A program made the position numbers and the translations under genes. The notes below the pieces were generated by a model that saw nothing but the letters and a program-made list of their open reading frames with translations, was not told where the DNA came from and ran no database searches. This document shows, piece by piece, positions 19,209 through 30,083 of a stretch of DNA of 63,097 nucleotides. Numbering within the stretch: the first letter of the stretch is position 1; each line of letters starts with the position of its first letter. Source of the DNA: a virus; the UHGV virus genome UHGV-0209665. One strand, given 5' to 3'.

Positions 19209-19775
19209 ATGGCAAGTTTAGCAAAAACAGCAGGAAATAGGGAAAATTCGCAGGAAATTCGAGAGGAAGAATTTTCCGAAAAAGAAACGCAGGGGCAGCT
19301 TCTTACGGTGGAGAGTGACTTTATCGCTGGAATGCTCGCGGCGGCCGCTTATAAGACGGACGAAATTGTACAGTTCGATATTGTACGCGGCGGAAAGCTC
19401 TATTTTTCGTTCAGAATCCATGCTCTCGGAGAAGAGGAAGCAAACAAGTGCCGCAAGAAGTATACAAAGTATGTTCGGAATAAGCAGATCGGAATCAAGT
19501 TCGCCGAAGAAACGGACAATGCAAAATTCCGTTCCTCACTGATCTACCATGCAACAGTTGAAGAGGATCGAACAAAGCTTTGGGACAATCAGCAGGCGTG
19601 GGATGGACTTAGAAAGCAGGGAGTTCTTGTCGTGACTGCACTTGATGTTATCGAGGCGGTTCTTCTGGGCGGAGAAAAAGACAAGGTCATCGACGAGATC
19701 AACAAGCTGAGCGGATTTGACTCCGAAAATCTGGAAGAGGTTGAAAACAAGATGGAGGAAACAGCAAAAAACTGA
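19209..19775 (+). CDS. tail assembly chaperone (XkdN/gpG-like)
   Basis: Position between tube and tape measure; ends with an in-frame slippery heptamer. Confidence 0.55.
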   Translation: MASLAKTAGNRENSQEIREEEFSEKETQGQLLTVESDFIAGMLAAAAYKTDEIVQFDIVRGGKLYFSFRIHALGEEEANKCRKKYTKYVRNKQIGIKFAEETDNAKFRSSLIYHATVEEDRTKLWDNQQAWDGLRKQGVLVVTALDVIEAVLLGGEKDKVIDEINKLSGFDSENLEEVENKMEETAKN

Positions 19776-19941
19776 TCCGGGCAGGAGGGAAAACCACCCT
19801 CTTGCATCAGATTTTTCAGCGGTTAGGCATAACTCCGGATGAAGTATATGCAAAGCCTGCTGGCGTGCGGGCGTTTATGTTCGCGTCCATGAGAATACGT
19901 CTGGAAGATGACGAGAAAGGAGGAAGAACGGGTGGCGACTA
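19766..19941 (+). other. programmed -1 ribosomal frameshift site and ~56-codon -1 extension (gpGT-like)
   Basis: A_AAA_AAC heptamer in the zero frame at 19766-19772 right before the stop. A stem-loop (CAGGAGGG...CCCTCTTG) lies 8 nt downstream. The -1 frame stays open to TAA at ~19939-19941. Confidence 0.5.
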
Positions 19942-22900
19942 AGGTTATAAAAATCGAGATCCCTATAGAGACGAAAGACAATACCGGCCAGGTTGTCGAT
20001 AGTATATCCGAAAAGATGGAAGGCCTTGATTCGGCAGCGAAAAAGGCGCAAAAGAGCATGGAAAATACCGTGAATAGCGCTAATAAGGCCGCAAGGGGAT
20101 TCGAAAACGCATCCAAGAGCGTTTCTGGCTTTGAAAAATCTGTTGGAAGTGGTTTTGACAACGCTTCTAAAAAGGCTTCTGGCTTTGAAAAGTCTGTAAA
20201 CCAGACGCAGAAATCGCTTCTTGCAATGCTGAAAGAGAAGTATCAGATCCTACTTGAGGCGAAGGACCGGATAACACCGACAGTAAAGCAGGCGATAACC
20301 TATGTAAAAAGCCTGACGTCAAAAGCGTGGAAGGTTACGCTTAAAGCTGTGGATCTCGTGACATCCCCTGTCAGGCGAGTGTTCGGGCTACTGCAAAGTC
20401 CGCTTGTCGCTGCCGGTGTCACTATATCAGCAGGCGCCGGTATTGCGGATACGGTTCAGACGTACGCTGATTTTGAGGCGGCTATGTCTGAGGTAAAAGC
20501 GATATCAGGTGCCACGAGCGAAGAATTTGCGCAGTTGACTGACAAAGCAAACCAGATGGGTGCTGTTACGAAGTTTACGGCTTCTGAATCAGCAGAGGCG
20601 TTTAAGTACATGGCGCAGGCAGGCTGGGATGCAAAAGAAATGATGGACGGTATCGAAGGGCTCATGTCATTAGCAGCAGCTTCCGGAGAAGATCTGGGAA
20701 CTACATCAGATATCGTAACAGATGCCCTTACGGCGTTCGGAATGTCGGCGAAAGAAAGCGGAAGATTTGCAGACGTCATGGCCATGGCAGCAAATGCAAC
20801 GAATACTGATGTTGCCAAAATGGGTGACACGTTTAAGTATGTTGCACCGGTTGCCGGCGCCCTGGGATACAGCATAGAAGATACTGCGGTGGCTATCGGC
20901 CTTATGGCTAATAATGGCATTAAGGCATCTCAGGCAGGAACGAGCTTGAGAAGCCTTCTCACAAACCTTACACATCCTGTAGGTCAGGCTGAGGATGCCA
21001 TTAACGACCTCGGTATCAGCATAACAAATGCGGATGGATCGGTTAAGCCGTTATCCCAGACATTGCAGGAATTGAGATCAAAATTCGGTGCCTTATCCGA
21101 AGCAGAGAGGGCACAGTATGCTGCGATGCTGGCCGGACAGGAAGGAATGAGTGGTCTCTTGGCAATCGTAAATGCCTCCGATCAGGACTTCGCAGATCTT
21201 ACAGAGCAGATCAATAACAGTTCTGGAGCTGCACAGGAGATGGCTGATATCATGATGGATAATCTTGCTGGAAAATTTGAACTGTTCACGGGAGCCCTTG
21301 ACTCCATGAAAATGTCTCTCGGAGAAAGGTTCAAGCCATATCTCATGGATGCGTTAGAGTGGCTGACGGATAAAGTACCAGATGTGGAAAACGCATTACT
21401 AACCGCCATGAACTCCTTTGATCGCTTCGTTGATGAAACGAAATCAAAAATAGCTGAGTTTACAGCTACGGATGAATGGGAAAATGCTGATCTGTTTGGG
21501 AAAATCGAAATAGCATGGGATGAACTTGTGGCGGAGCCGTTTTCAGATTGGTGGAATGGATCCGGAAAACTGAAAGTAGCTGGTGTTGCAAGAGATATAG
21601 GCACCGGAATCGGAAGTGCGATTTCTGCTGGTATTTTGGCATTGATGGGGATTGACGTATCGTCAGTGATTGATGAAGGAAGCAGCATTGGCCGTCAGTT
21701 CGCAGAAGGGTTTTCGGAAGGCATGAGTGGCGTGGATGTATCAGCAGCTCTTGGTACAATGGTAAGCGGAGCGTTTTCGAGTGCCGGAAAACTTCTTCCT
21801 GGAGGGACAGCTCCGGATATTGGTTCTCTCTTGTCTGCGGCGGCAATAGCAAAGATCGCGGGACCGTTGATGAGCTTTGGATCTGGAGCATTCAAAGTAG
21901 GAAAGGGCGTATATAAAAGTGCTACAGGAGGAGTTCTTAAAAAAATAATTGGCTCTGCATCCGTTGCAGATGAATTAGCGGGCATTGGAACAATGACTGG
22001 AACAGGACTGGCAGGTGGCCTTGCCAAGATAGGAGCAAATTTAGGAGGTGCTAGTATTGCTTCCACAGGAACGGGATTAGCGCTTGCCGGAGGCGGTGCT
22101 GTTGCCGGCGGACTAATTGGAGGAGCTGCACTAATAAGCAGTGGCTTCGATGCTTATGATGCATACAAGGCATACAAAAAAGGCGATACAGAGAAAGCAA
22201 AATCGTCTGCCACATCCGCTGGACTAACAGCAGGCGGTGCACTTACTGGAGCAGCTATAGGAACTGCGATTCTTCCAGGTGTTGGAACACTAATTGGCGC
22301 TGGTGTCGGAGGTCTTGCTGGATGGTTTGGTGGAAATAAGGTAAAAGAGGATTATGAGGAAGCTGCGGCAGCGGCTGAAAACCTTGAGCAAAAAAGCAAA
22401 TATGCTCTCGAAGGTGCAAAATTCGACAGCAAAGAGCTCAAAGAAGCTTTTGATGATACGAATGTATCTGCTGAACAGTTTGGCGCTATGATGCAGGAAG
22501 CAACCTCGAATAAGATAAGGGATGCCTTTGGCGATATAAAGCTTACCATGCAGGAAATTGAAGAAGCGGCAAAGCAAATTGTTTTTGCTGATCAAGCGGA
22601 TGCACTTGACAAATTTTCAACCGCGGCAGAAACGGCAGATAGCTCGCTTACATCTTTGCAGAGTTCAGTTCAAACGATGGATAAGTTGAACTGGAAGGCT
22701 TCGTTAGGAATGAAGTTTGATGAAGGTGATATATCGGAATATATATCGGCGGTTGATTCCATGATTGAGAGCTCGAAACAGTATCTTGAAGATAAGCATT
22801 ATGAGGCAACTGCGGCAATAAATCTTTTGATAGAGCCGGGAAATGATGTAGACATGATATCTGGATTGAACCAAATGTATTCGGATCTGCAGTCTAAGAT

Positions 22901-24803
22901 TGAGAGTATTGGGAGGGATCTGAAAGCGAAGGTAAATGTCGCACTCGAAGATGGAGTAATCACGCTTGATGAACAAGCAGAGATTACAAATTTACAGAAT
23001 CAGATTACGGAAATTACGAACCAAATAAGCCAGGCAGAAACGGAAGCAAGTTTCCAGAGTTTGAAGATTAAATATTCCGGTGCTTCACTTGATGCTGATT
23101 CCTTTGCTTCTCTGGTAACAGAAATACAGGCGAATGTGCAGGAGGCTATATCACAGTATGATGAAGGTTTGGAAGTTTCACTAACAAATCTGAATTTGCA
23201 GCTAGATGATGCAAAAGCAAAGCTGGATGCAGGAGAAATAACAATTGACAATTATGATGAAATTAAAACATCAATTCAGAATCAAATAGATGCATTAGGA
23301 GAAGATTATCAAGCGAAAATCACCGACTTGTCCGTACGTGTGGAAAGTTTCGAACTGCAGTCAATAGCGGATGCGTTTGGTAGTGAGTTGGACGGAATCC
23401 TTCCGGATCTGGAAGGAACGGTAGCTGAACGACTTGGAACTGCCATGCACAATGCAATGGCTAATGGAGTGGATGTAGAAAATTGGGATGTGTCAACAGC
23501 ATCCGAATGGTTGGATCTTGATGGGCTGTCTGCTGAGACACAATCTGCGATTACAGAAATGATGAGCCAAGTTGCCGCATCCATGCCGGAACAAATGACA
23601 TCTGCGCTTGAAGGTAGCGGAGCGAATTTGAGCGAGAGCGTAAACAATATGGTAAAATCCGGCATTGAAAATTCGGATTTCTCTGAAACAGGATCAATTC
23701 TAACACAGAAAATAGGAGAATCCATGTCTGCTGTAGATATGTCAGAATCTGGAGCTGGATTACAAGAAGGGTTGCAAAACTCACTCACATCATCCATTGA
23801 AAATATAGATCTGACAGAAGCTGGGGCTTCTCTAAATGCCAAGCTTGGAGAATCAATATCGGCGGTTGATATGTCGGAATCGGGGGCAGGTCTACAGGAA
23901 GGCTTACAGAATTCATTGAATGCAGCTTTGGAAGGAGTAGATTTTACACAGGGAGCGCAAACAATCAACACAAATATTATGACTGCTCTGTCATCTGCAG
24001 AGAATGTCGATATGACCGGGTTTGTTACTGCTCTGCAGAGTAGTATAACCTCTTCCGTAGAGGGAATTGAGTATTCTGGGGTTACTTCGGCGGTTGGTAC
24101 GGGAATATCTAATGCCATAACAGCAACCATGAGCACGATACAGGGCTCTATAACAAACCTGTATAATTCCGTTGGTGCGGCAATTAACAGTGCGTTTTCA
24201 GCAGGATTTTCGACCACGACGACCGTCACAATTACGGCGAATTATAAGCTCGCAAATCCATCAGCCACTATCAGCTTTAGTGGTGGCGGAACTGGAACAG
24301 CTACGGTCAGCGGAAGCATTTCAAGCCATGCGAATGGTGGTTTCGCTTATGGTCCGGAGCTTACGTGGTGGGGTGAGGACGGACCGGAAGTGATCATCCC
24401 GCTTGGAAGTAAGAGGCGGCAAAGAGGTTTGGAACTGTGGGCGCAAGCCGGAGAAATGCTCGGAGTTGGAAAGCATGCTGACGGCGGCATTATCGGCTCC
24501 GGAGGGGGTACAAGTAAAAATATATGGGATAACACAGAAAGGCTCATAGAGCCAATATCCGAGGGAGACAGCGGCACATCTGATGTATCAACGGTTATTG
24601 ACAGCGAAAGGAACTCGGATACAAAAGAAGTAAACCTTAGCGTGACTGTAAATCCGCAGTTTGTGATATCGTCAACAAGTCAGAGAGAAGACGATATCCT
24701 GCAAATTATCAAAACGCACATGAAAGAACTGGCAGACGACCTTGGCGGAGAGCTTGCTGATCGCCTGGGTGAAGTTTTCTCAAACATGCCGATAAGTAGT
24801 TAA
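19908..24803 (+). CDS. tail tape measure protein
   Basis: 1631 aa, internal repeats, Gly/Ala-rich predicted transmembrane segment, position. Real start may be GTG 19932 after the AAGGAGGAAG RBS. Confidence 0.8.
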   Translation: MTRKEEERVATKVIKIEIPIETKDNTGQVVDSISEKMEGLDSAAKKAQKSMENTVNSANKAARGFENASKSVSGFEKSVGSGFDNASKKASGFEKSVNQTQKSLLAMLKEKYQILLEAKDRITPTVKQAITYVKSLTSKAWKVTLKAVDLVTSPVRRVFGLLQSPLVAAGVTISAGAGIADTVQTYADFEAAMSEVKAISGATSEEFAQLTDKANQMGAVTKFTASESAEAFKYMAQAGWDAKEMMDGIEGLMSLAAASGEDLGTTSDIVTDALTAFGMSAKESGRFADVMAMAANATNTDVAKMGDTFKYVAPVAGALGYSIEDTAVAIGLMANNGIKASQAGTSLRSLLTNLTHPVGQAEDAINDLGISITNADGSVKPLSQTLQELRSKFGALSEAERAQYAAMLAGQEGMSGLLAIVNASDQDFADLTEQINNSSGAAQEMADIMMDNLAGKFELFTGALDSMKMSLGERFKPYLMDALEWLTDKVPDVENALLTAMNSFDRFVDETKSKIAEFTATDEWENADLFGKIEIAWDELVAEPFSDWWNGSGKLKVAGVARDIGTGIGSAISAGILALMGIDVSSVIDEGSSIGRQFAEGFSEGMSGVDVSAALGTMVSGAFSSAGKLLPGGTAPDIGSLLSAAAIAKIAGPLMSFGSGAFKVGKGVYKSATGGVLKKIIGSASVADELAGIGTMTGTGLAGGLAKIGANLGGASIASTGTGLALAGGGAVAGGLIGGAALISSGFDAYDAYKAYKKGDTEKAKSSATSAGLTAGGALTGAAIGTAILPGVGTLIGAGVGGLAGWFGGNKVKEDYEEAAAAAENLEQKSKYALEGAKFDSKELKEAFDDTNVSAEQFGAMMQEATSNKIRDAFGDIKLTMQEIEEAAKQIVFADQADALDKFSTAAETADSSLTSLQSSVQTMDKLNWKASLGMKFDEGDISEYISAVDSMIESSKQYLEDKHYEATAAINLLIEPGNDVDMISGLNQMYSDLQSKIESIGRDLKAKVNVALEDGVITLDEQAEITNLQNQITEITNQISQAETEASFQSLKIKYSGASLDADSFASLVTEIQANVQEAISQYDEGLEVSLTNLNLQLDDAKAKLDAGEITIDNYDEIKTSIQNQIDALGEDYQAKITDLSVRVESFELQSIADAFGSELDGILPDLEGTVAERLGTAMHNAMANGVDVENWDVSTASEWLDLDGLSAETQSAITEMMSQVAASMPEQMTSALEGSGANLSESVNNMVKSGIENSDFSETGSILTQKIGESMSAVDMSESGAGLQEGLQNSLTSSIENIDLTEAGASLNAKLGESISAVDMSESGAGLQEGLQNSLNAALEGVDFTQGAQTINTNIMTALSSAENVDMTGFVTALQSSITSSVEGIEYSGVTSAVGTGISNAITATMSTIQGSITNLYNSVGAAINSAFSAGFSTTTTVTITANYKLANPSATISFSGGGTGTATVSGSISSHANGGFAYGPELTWWGEDGPEVIIPLGSKRRQRGLELWAQAGEMLGVGKHADGGIIGSGGGTSKNIWDNTERLIEPISEGDSGTSDVSTVIDSERNSDTKEVNLSVTVNPQFVISSTSQREDDILQIIKTHMKELADDLGGELADRLGEVFSNMPISS

Positions 24804-24815
24804 GGGAGGCGCTTT

Positions 24816-25505
24816 ATGGATGTTATTTTAACTGAAGTTGAAAACGGTAAAAGCAAATTTATCTTTCCTAGCCTCCCAGAGGAGGTAAAGGGGACGAATC
24901 GGACCAATTATCAGTCTTACGATATTCTGTCCTATGGTGAGGTAAAAATCCCAAAGGGGATGAAGCTTACAGAGATTTCATTCGATGGAATATTTTTCGG
25001 AGCAGCGAAAAGGAATGAGTCCATTGTAAAACAATGGGTTAAGCCGGCAGAGTGCGAAAAAATTCTGAAAAACTGGCAGGAAAAAGGAACTGTTCTGCGG
25101 CTGATGGTCACTGAAACTAATGTCAATATCGATGTTACGATTAGTAGCTTTGAATGTACTGATTACGGCGGATACGGAAACAAGAAGTATTCGCTGGAGT
25201 TCGTACAGTATCGATCGCTGAAAGTTTATACGACAGACGAGTTGAAAATCGTAAAGTTCGTAAAGAAGACAATAACGAGACCAGCGGCAGCCTCTCCGTC
25301 GAATAAAGGAAGCTACACTATACGGTCGGGCGATACGCTGTGGGCCATTGCCCGAAAATTTTACGGTGGTTCTGGATCGAACTGGACAAAGATATACAGT
25401 GCAAACGAATCGACCATTGAGTCCACCGCCAGAAGATACGGGAGATCGAGCAGTGACAATGGACACTGGATTTACCCTGGAACTGTCTTGGTTATCCCGA
25501 ACTAG
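24816..25505 (+). CDS. LysM-domain tail protein (XkdP-like)
   Basis: C-terminal YTIRSGDTLWAIARKFYG LysM motif. Confidence 0.6.
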   Translation: MDVILTEVENGKSKFIFPSLPEEVKGTNRTNYQSYDILSYGEVKIPKGMKLTEISFDGIFFGAAKRNESIVKQWVKPAECEKILKNWQEKGTVLRLMVTETNVNIDVTISSFECTDYGGYGNKKYSLEFVQYRSLKVYTTDELKIVKFVKKTITRPAAASPSNKGSYTIRSGDTLWAIARKFYGGSGSNWTKIYSANESTIESTARRYGRSSSDNGHWIYPGTVLVIPN

Positions 25506-25520
25506 AAAGGAGGCGGACAC

Positions 25521-26765
25521 TTGATTGATTTGTCGAAAATCCAATACCGATTTGTCATTATGGACGAAAAGGGAAATCAGTACAATATAAAAGATTATGT
25601 GGAAAATCTCGGGTGGGAGCAAGGTGAAGACGAACTCTCCACCCGAATTTCATTTACAACTAAAAATGAAAAGTCGTCAAAAGAGGTGTTCTCGGATATA
25701 GCGAAACTTGGATGTTTAGTGGGGATATTCGCCTCTGATGGGGTTGCGGATGAAGAGGTGGCCAGAGGAAACATTATAGACTGGAAACCAGCATATTCTT
25801 CAGACGCATATAAGTTTGATGGTAAATGCTACGATAATTTGTATAATCTGCAAGAAAGTCAGGACAACATTTACTATCCCGCGGGTACCGGTACAAAGTC
25901 TGCTGTAACGAAGATTTTTGATGACTGGGAAATTCCACTCGGTTCGTATGAAGGACCGAATGAAACACACGCAAAGTTGACTTTTAAGTCACAGGATCTT
26001 GCGAATGTAATTGCAGAAATACTGGACGATGCCTACAAAAAAGGCGGCGTGAAATGCGTCGTGCAGGACAGAAAAGGAAAAGCGTATGTGGTTCCGTATG
26101 CGAATAATAAGACGGTATATCACTTCGCAGCCGAGAATGTGATCAATGCCACACACAAAAGAAGCACTGCAGGCATGATTACCCGGGTGAAAGTGATAGG
26201 TCAGGAAGATGATGACGGTAAAAGCTCGGTGGAAGCTGTGCTGAACGGCAGCACAAAATATGGCGTACGGCAGAAAATTGTTCGCAGAGGAACAGATGAA
26301 AGTTTAGAGGATGCAAAGACATCGGCACAGACAATTCTCGATGAAGAAGGAGAAGTGCAGGAGGAGATGACCGTAAAGGCGCCCGATATACCATGGGTAC
26401 GGAAAGGAGATCTGGTTCACGTAACGGTTGGAACTATGAATGCATACTACTATGTTATCGGCATAAGACATGATGTGGATAGCCACAGCATGACATTGGA
26501 CCTTCATGTGCCATTCAAAGAATACGAGAAGAAAGCGCAACAGACGGTACAGAAAAAGTCTTACAACGTGGGCGATATTGTGAATTTCCACGGTGGAACG
26601 CATTACGTCAGTTCTTATGCGGGATCCCGCGGATATAACGCAAGAGCCGGACGGGCAAAAATAACCATTAAGAATGGATCGGGAAAGATCCATCCGTGGC
26701 ACCTGATACATGTGGATAGCTCAAGCAATGTATATGGATGGGTAGACGATGGTACATTTGATTAA
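25521..26765 (+). CDS. tail/baseplate protein (XkdQ-like)
   Basis: Position in the PBSX-like tail module; TTG start with AAGGAGG RBS. Confidence 0.4.
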   Translation: MIDLSKIQYRFVIMDEKGNQYNIKDYVENLGWEQGEDELSTRISFTTKNEKSSKEVFSDIAKLGCLVGIFASDGVADEEVARGNIIDWKPAYSSDAYKFDGKCYDNLYNLQESQDNIYYPAGTGTKSAVTKIFDDWEIPLGSYEGPNETHAKLTFKSQDLANVIAEILDDAYKKGGVKCVVQDRKGKAYVVPYANNKTVYHFAAENVINATHKRSTAGMITRVKVIGQEDDDGKSSVEAVLNGSTKYGVRQKIVRRGTDESLEDAKTSAQTILDEEGEVQEEMTVKAPDIPWVRKGDLVHVTVGTMNAYYYVIGIRHDVDSHSMTLDLHVPFKEYEKKAQQTVQKKSYNVGDIVNFHGGTHYVSSYAGSRGYNARAGRAKITIKNGSGKIHPWHLIHVDSSSNVYGWVDDGTFD

Positions 26766-26777
26766 GGAGGGATGACA

Positions 26778-27122
26778 ATGGCGTTTGATGGGCATGCTGG
26801 AGCAAACAAACTGGCAAGGACGCTTCATAAAAGGATGAAAAGCATGTCGGACTTTCCTCTTGTCCTTGATTTTGGGAAGATAGAGTCTGACTATGGGCTG
26901 ATTACGAATACCTTTCCGGTAAAAATCCCAAGGGGAGATTATACAGTGTGCCGGCATGTGACGGGCATATCACTAGGAACTTCGGGAGGAAACCATGGCG
27001 GGCATGAATATGGCGATGGTTCGCATTCGCATTCTATATCGGTTCCAGGATTATCTCCTGGAAATCATGTACTTGTGGCATGGGTACAGAATGAGGCAGT
27101 AGTCATCGATGTGATCAATTAG
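26778..27122 (+). CDS. small baseplate protein (XkdR-like)
   Basis: Position; AAGGAGGG RBS 7 nt before ATG 26778. Confidence 0.35.
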   Translation: MAFDGHAGANKLARTLHKRMKSMSDFPLVLDFGKIESDYGLITNTFPVKIPRGDYTVCRHVTGISLGTSGGNHGGHEYGDGSHSHSISVPGLSPGNHVLVAWVQNEAVVIDVIN

Positions 27123-27135
27123 TGGAGGTGGAAGC

Positions 27136-27576
27136 ATGGACGAAGAGAATACACTATTTCCGGTAGAAGAATCCCCCGAATTTATCGATGACGGAGAACG
27201 ATTAGATCGGGATTACCATTATACGGTTGCGTGGGATGTTGAGAAACAGGATTTTGTCCTCAACGGTAAAGGACAGATGGATCAGTGCGATGGTGTGGAA
27301 GGGTATAAAGTGTGGTGTTGCAAAATGGCTCTTACACAGCGCTATGCCTGCGCAGCTTATCCGGACGAAATTGGTACTGAGTTGGATGAGGCTCTTGCAG
27401 AGGACAGTGAAAAGGCAGTTGAGTCCGCGATAGAGAGAACGATATCAGAGGCACTGTTGGTGAATCCGAGGACGGAATATGTTAGGCAATTTGAATTTGT
27501 TTGGAATGGTGATGCTGTAAGTGTTTCGTTCGTTGTTAAAGGCGTGGATATTGACGAGTTTAAAGTTTCTATATAG
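27136..27576 (+). CDS. baseplate protein (XkdS/DUF2634-like)
   Basis: Position and size. Confidence 0.35.
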   Translation: MDEENTLFPVEESPEFIDDGERLDRDYHYTVAWDVEKQDFVLNGKGQMDQCDGVEGYKVWCCKMALTQRYACAAYPDEIGTELDEALAEDSEKAVESAIERTISEALLVNPRTEYVRQFEFVWNGDAVSVSFVVKGVDIDEFKVSI

Positions 27577-27592
27577 CGAGGAGGTGAAATGA

Positions 27593-28726
27593 GTGAATGC
27601 ATGGAGTAAAGAATTTACGCCACCGGAATTCGTGGGTTATAGCGAGCCGGAGGAAATACAGCAGAGGATGATGAGTGAACTTCCAGAAGGTATTGATGAT
27701 ATGCCGGGAGGATTCCCTTATGATTTTACAATGCCAACGGCGATTGAAAAGTCAGAACTGATTCAGTTTCATATGGTTCGGACGCTCATGCTCATGTTTC
27801 CGATGTGGGCGTGGGATGATTGGCTTGATCTACACGCAGCAGTGGCAGGCATAGAACGCCGTCCGGCTGGTTATGCAAGCGGTAAAATCGATGTTACCGG
27901 AGATCCGGGAACCATAATTCCGAAAGGAACAATTTTTTGTACGGAGGCAACAGATGTATCTCCGGCGTTGGAATATTCATCCGATGAATCCATGGCAATA
28001 CCAGATGATGGGATAGTTGAAATCTCAGTGATTGCTGTTGATCCTGGAAAAGGGTCTAATACAAATGCGAACACAATAAAATTTTTGCTGAATAACATAA
28101 AGGGTGTTTCGTCAGTAAAAAATTCTGAAGCGATTACTGGTGGTACGGACATAGAAAGTGACGAGTCTCTGCGGCAGAGAATAGAAGAAAAATGTACGCA
28201 GGAAGGAGTAAGCTATATTGGAAATGATGCTGATTATATCCGATGGGCCAAGGAAGTGGTTGGGGTGGGGGATTGCATTGTAGATGCAACATGGAATGGT
28301 CCAGGAACGGTTAAACTTATAATTGTAGACTCAAATGGATCTCCGGCCAATGAGAAATTGATACAAGATGTATATGACCATATTGTTTCTCCAAATGATC
28401 GTTCGCAACGATTGCTCCCTACAGGAAGCGCAGAGCTGACCATAGTTCCGGCTACTATTAAAAATGTGTCATATACATGTACCGGCTTAGTTTATGATGA
28501 AACGACAGACATACCTACTATTATAAGTGCTTTCAAAAATCTTGTCCTGCAGGAATACTCAGAATCAAAATTTGATGGAGTCCTGATTTATAACCAGATT
28601 CGCCCTTTTATTACGGATATTCCTGGAGTGTCTGACTTCGATACGTTTTTGATAAACGGGAGCGATGAAAACATTGTCTTAGATAAGGGAGAGTACCCAG
28701 CGACAGAAAATGTGGATTTCAGTTAG
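27593..28726 (+). CDS. baseplate J-like protein (XkdT-like)
   Basis: 377 aa, position and size typical of baseplate J. Confidence 0.55.
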   Translation: MNAWSKEFTPPEFVGYSEPEEIQQRMMSELPEGIDDMPGGFPYDFTMPTAIEKSELIQFHMVRTLMLMFPMWAWDDWLDLHAAVAGIERRPAGYASGKIDVTGDPGTIIPKGTIFCTEATDVSPALEYSSDESMAIPDDGIVEISVIAVDPGKGSNTNANTIKFLLNNIKGVSSVKNSEAITGGTDIESDESLRQRIEEKCTQEGVSYIGNDADYIRWAKEVVGVGDCIVDATWNGPGTVKLIIVDSNGSPANEKLIQDVYDHIVSPNDRSQRLLPTGSAELTIVPATIKNVSYTCTGLVYDETTDIPTIISAFKNLVLQEYSESKFDGVLIYNQIRPFITDIPGVSDFDTFLINGSDENIVLDKGEYPATENVDFS

Positions 28727-29744
28727 GAGGGATCTTATGAATATAGAAAATTTCCCGACATCTCAATCTGCCAAAAGGATGATGGGATACATAACAGGAA
28801 ATGAATTCTATGGAAAATCCTATGTGGGAAAATGGATCTTTCAGGCAATGGGTAAAGAGATGGACGATGCGCATCTTCGCATTGAAGAGGAACTCCCATA
28901 TCAGGCATTTCCTGAGACGGCAACATGGGGGCTTCGGTATCATGAGGAGAAATACGGCCTTCCGGTAAGAGAGAATTTGAGTTACAAAGAACGTAGAAAG
29001 CTCATACTGGAAAAAAGGAATACTAGAGCTCCCATGAATCCATATATGATGGAAAAAATACTGGAAAATATAATAGGAAGAAAGGTTTATGTAAATGACG
29101 AAGATACACCTATCAATACTTTTACAGTCGAGATTGAACCTGGAGATAATGCGGTTGATGTTATAGCTGCGATAAAGAAATTAAAAGAAATCAAACAGTC
29201 TCATGTGGCGTTTACGTTTTCGTTTACATCGCTTGCCAGAATAGAGATATGTGGTCACACACAAAAATGGAAGACATCGTATGCTCAGTGCGGTACAACA
29301 CCGATGGTAAGCAACGGCCTTGGACTTGCAGAAACAGGAATAGATGTAGTTCCGTCAACTGATTATTACAAAACAGAAGTACCTCTAACCGGTGAAATAC
29401 ATAAATCCGGTCAATATCCTATCACAAGCGTTGGAATGGAATTGGTGGATAATAATATTTATGTATCAGGACAAGGAAAAGGACTTTCAGTTGTATATCC
29501 AAACACGGGTGAACATGTCAAAACGGGAATGTATCCAAATACGCAGGCTAGTGCTAGGTATTCTGCCGTGGAAATTGATGCAGAAGCAGAAGCAGAAGGA
29601 CACATTTATTGCAGTAAATTAACAGGCACAGATCCAAAAGTAAGTGTCCGGTCGGCAGAATCCGATAACGGAGTGGTTCCAGAGGTTTCCACAGAAGCAT
29701 ATCAAATCAGATACAAGCTTTGTGGAGATGCCTTTGAGATATAA
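28710..29744 (+). CDS. tail protein (XkdU/DUF2313-like)
   Basis: Position after the baseplate J gene. Confidence 0.4.
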   Translation: MWISVRRDLMNIENFPTSQSAKRMMGYITGNEFYGKSYVGKWIFQAMGKEMDDAHLRIEEELPYQAFPETATWGLRYHEEKYGLPVRENLSYKERRKLILEKRNTRAPMNPYMMEKILENIIGRKVYVNDEDTPINTFTVEIEPGDNAVDVIAAIKKLKEIKQSHVAFTFSFTSLARIEICGHTQKWKTSYAQCGTTPMVSNGLGLAETGIDVVPSTDYYKTEVPLTGEIHKSGQYPITSVGMELVDNNIYVSGQGKGLSVVYPNTGEHVKTGMYPNTQASARYSAVEIDAEAEAEGHIYCSKLTGTDPKVSVRSAESDNGVVPEVSTEAYQIRYKLCGDAFEI

Positions 29745-29753
29745 AAAGGAGGT

Positions 29754-30083
29754 ATGCAGATGAAACTATTGACAAGCAAGGCAATCCAGGGATATCGCGA
29801 TTACACGAAACGTACGATTGCCTATGCGAAGTACAAAGTCGGTTCGACTTATCACAAGACGAAGATTGAATCGGTGGATGTAACGGAAGAGGGGATTGTA
29901 GAAGTTCGATTTAAGATCGAAGCAGCTACCACAGGTGCCGCTACTGTTACGGAAATCCAATTGTATGACACGAATAATGACTTATGGCTCTCTAAACAGG
30001 AATTCTTAGAAATGAATTCTGTTGCAGAGGGCTTTTATTATGTCTGCCAGTTGGAAATCAGTGAAAGGGAGGTTGAAGAATAA
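29754..30083 (+). CDS. hypothetical tail protein (109 aa)
   Basis: ORF with AAGGAGG RBS. Confidence 0.3.
   Translation: MQMKLLTSKAIQGYRDYTKRTIAYAKYKVGSTYHKTKIESVDVTEEGIVEVRFKIEAATTGAATVTEIQLYDTNNDLWLSKQEFLEMNSVAEGFYYVCQLEISEREVEE

Noticed and set aside
19908-19931. ATG 19908 as the tape-measure start
   Set aside because: Not rejected outright. GTG 19932 behind the AAGGAGGAAG RBS is at least as likely, and the -1 frameshift extension of the chaperone terminates at 19941, overlapping either start.
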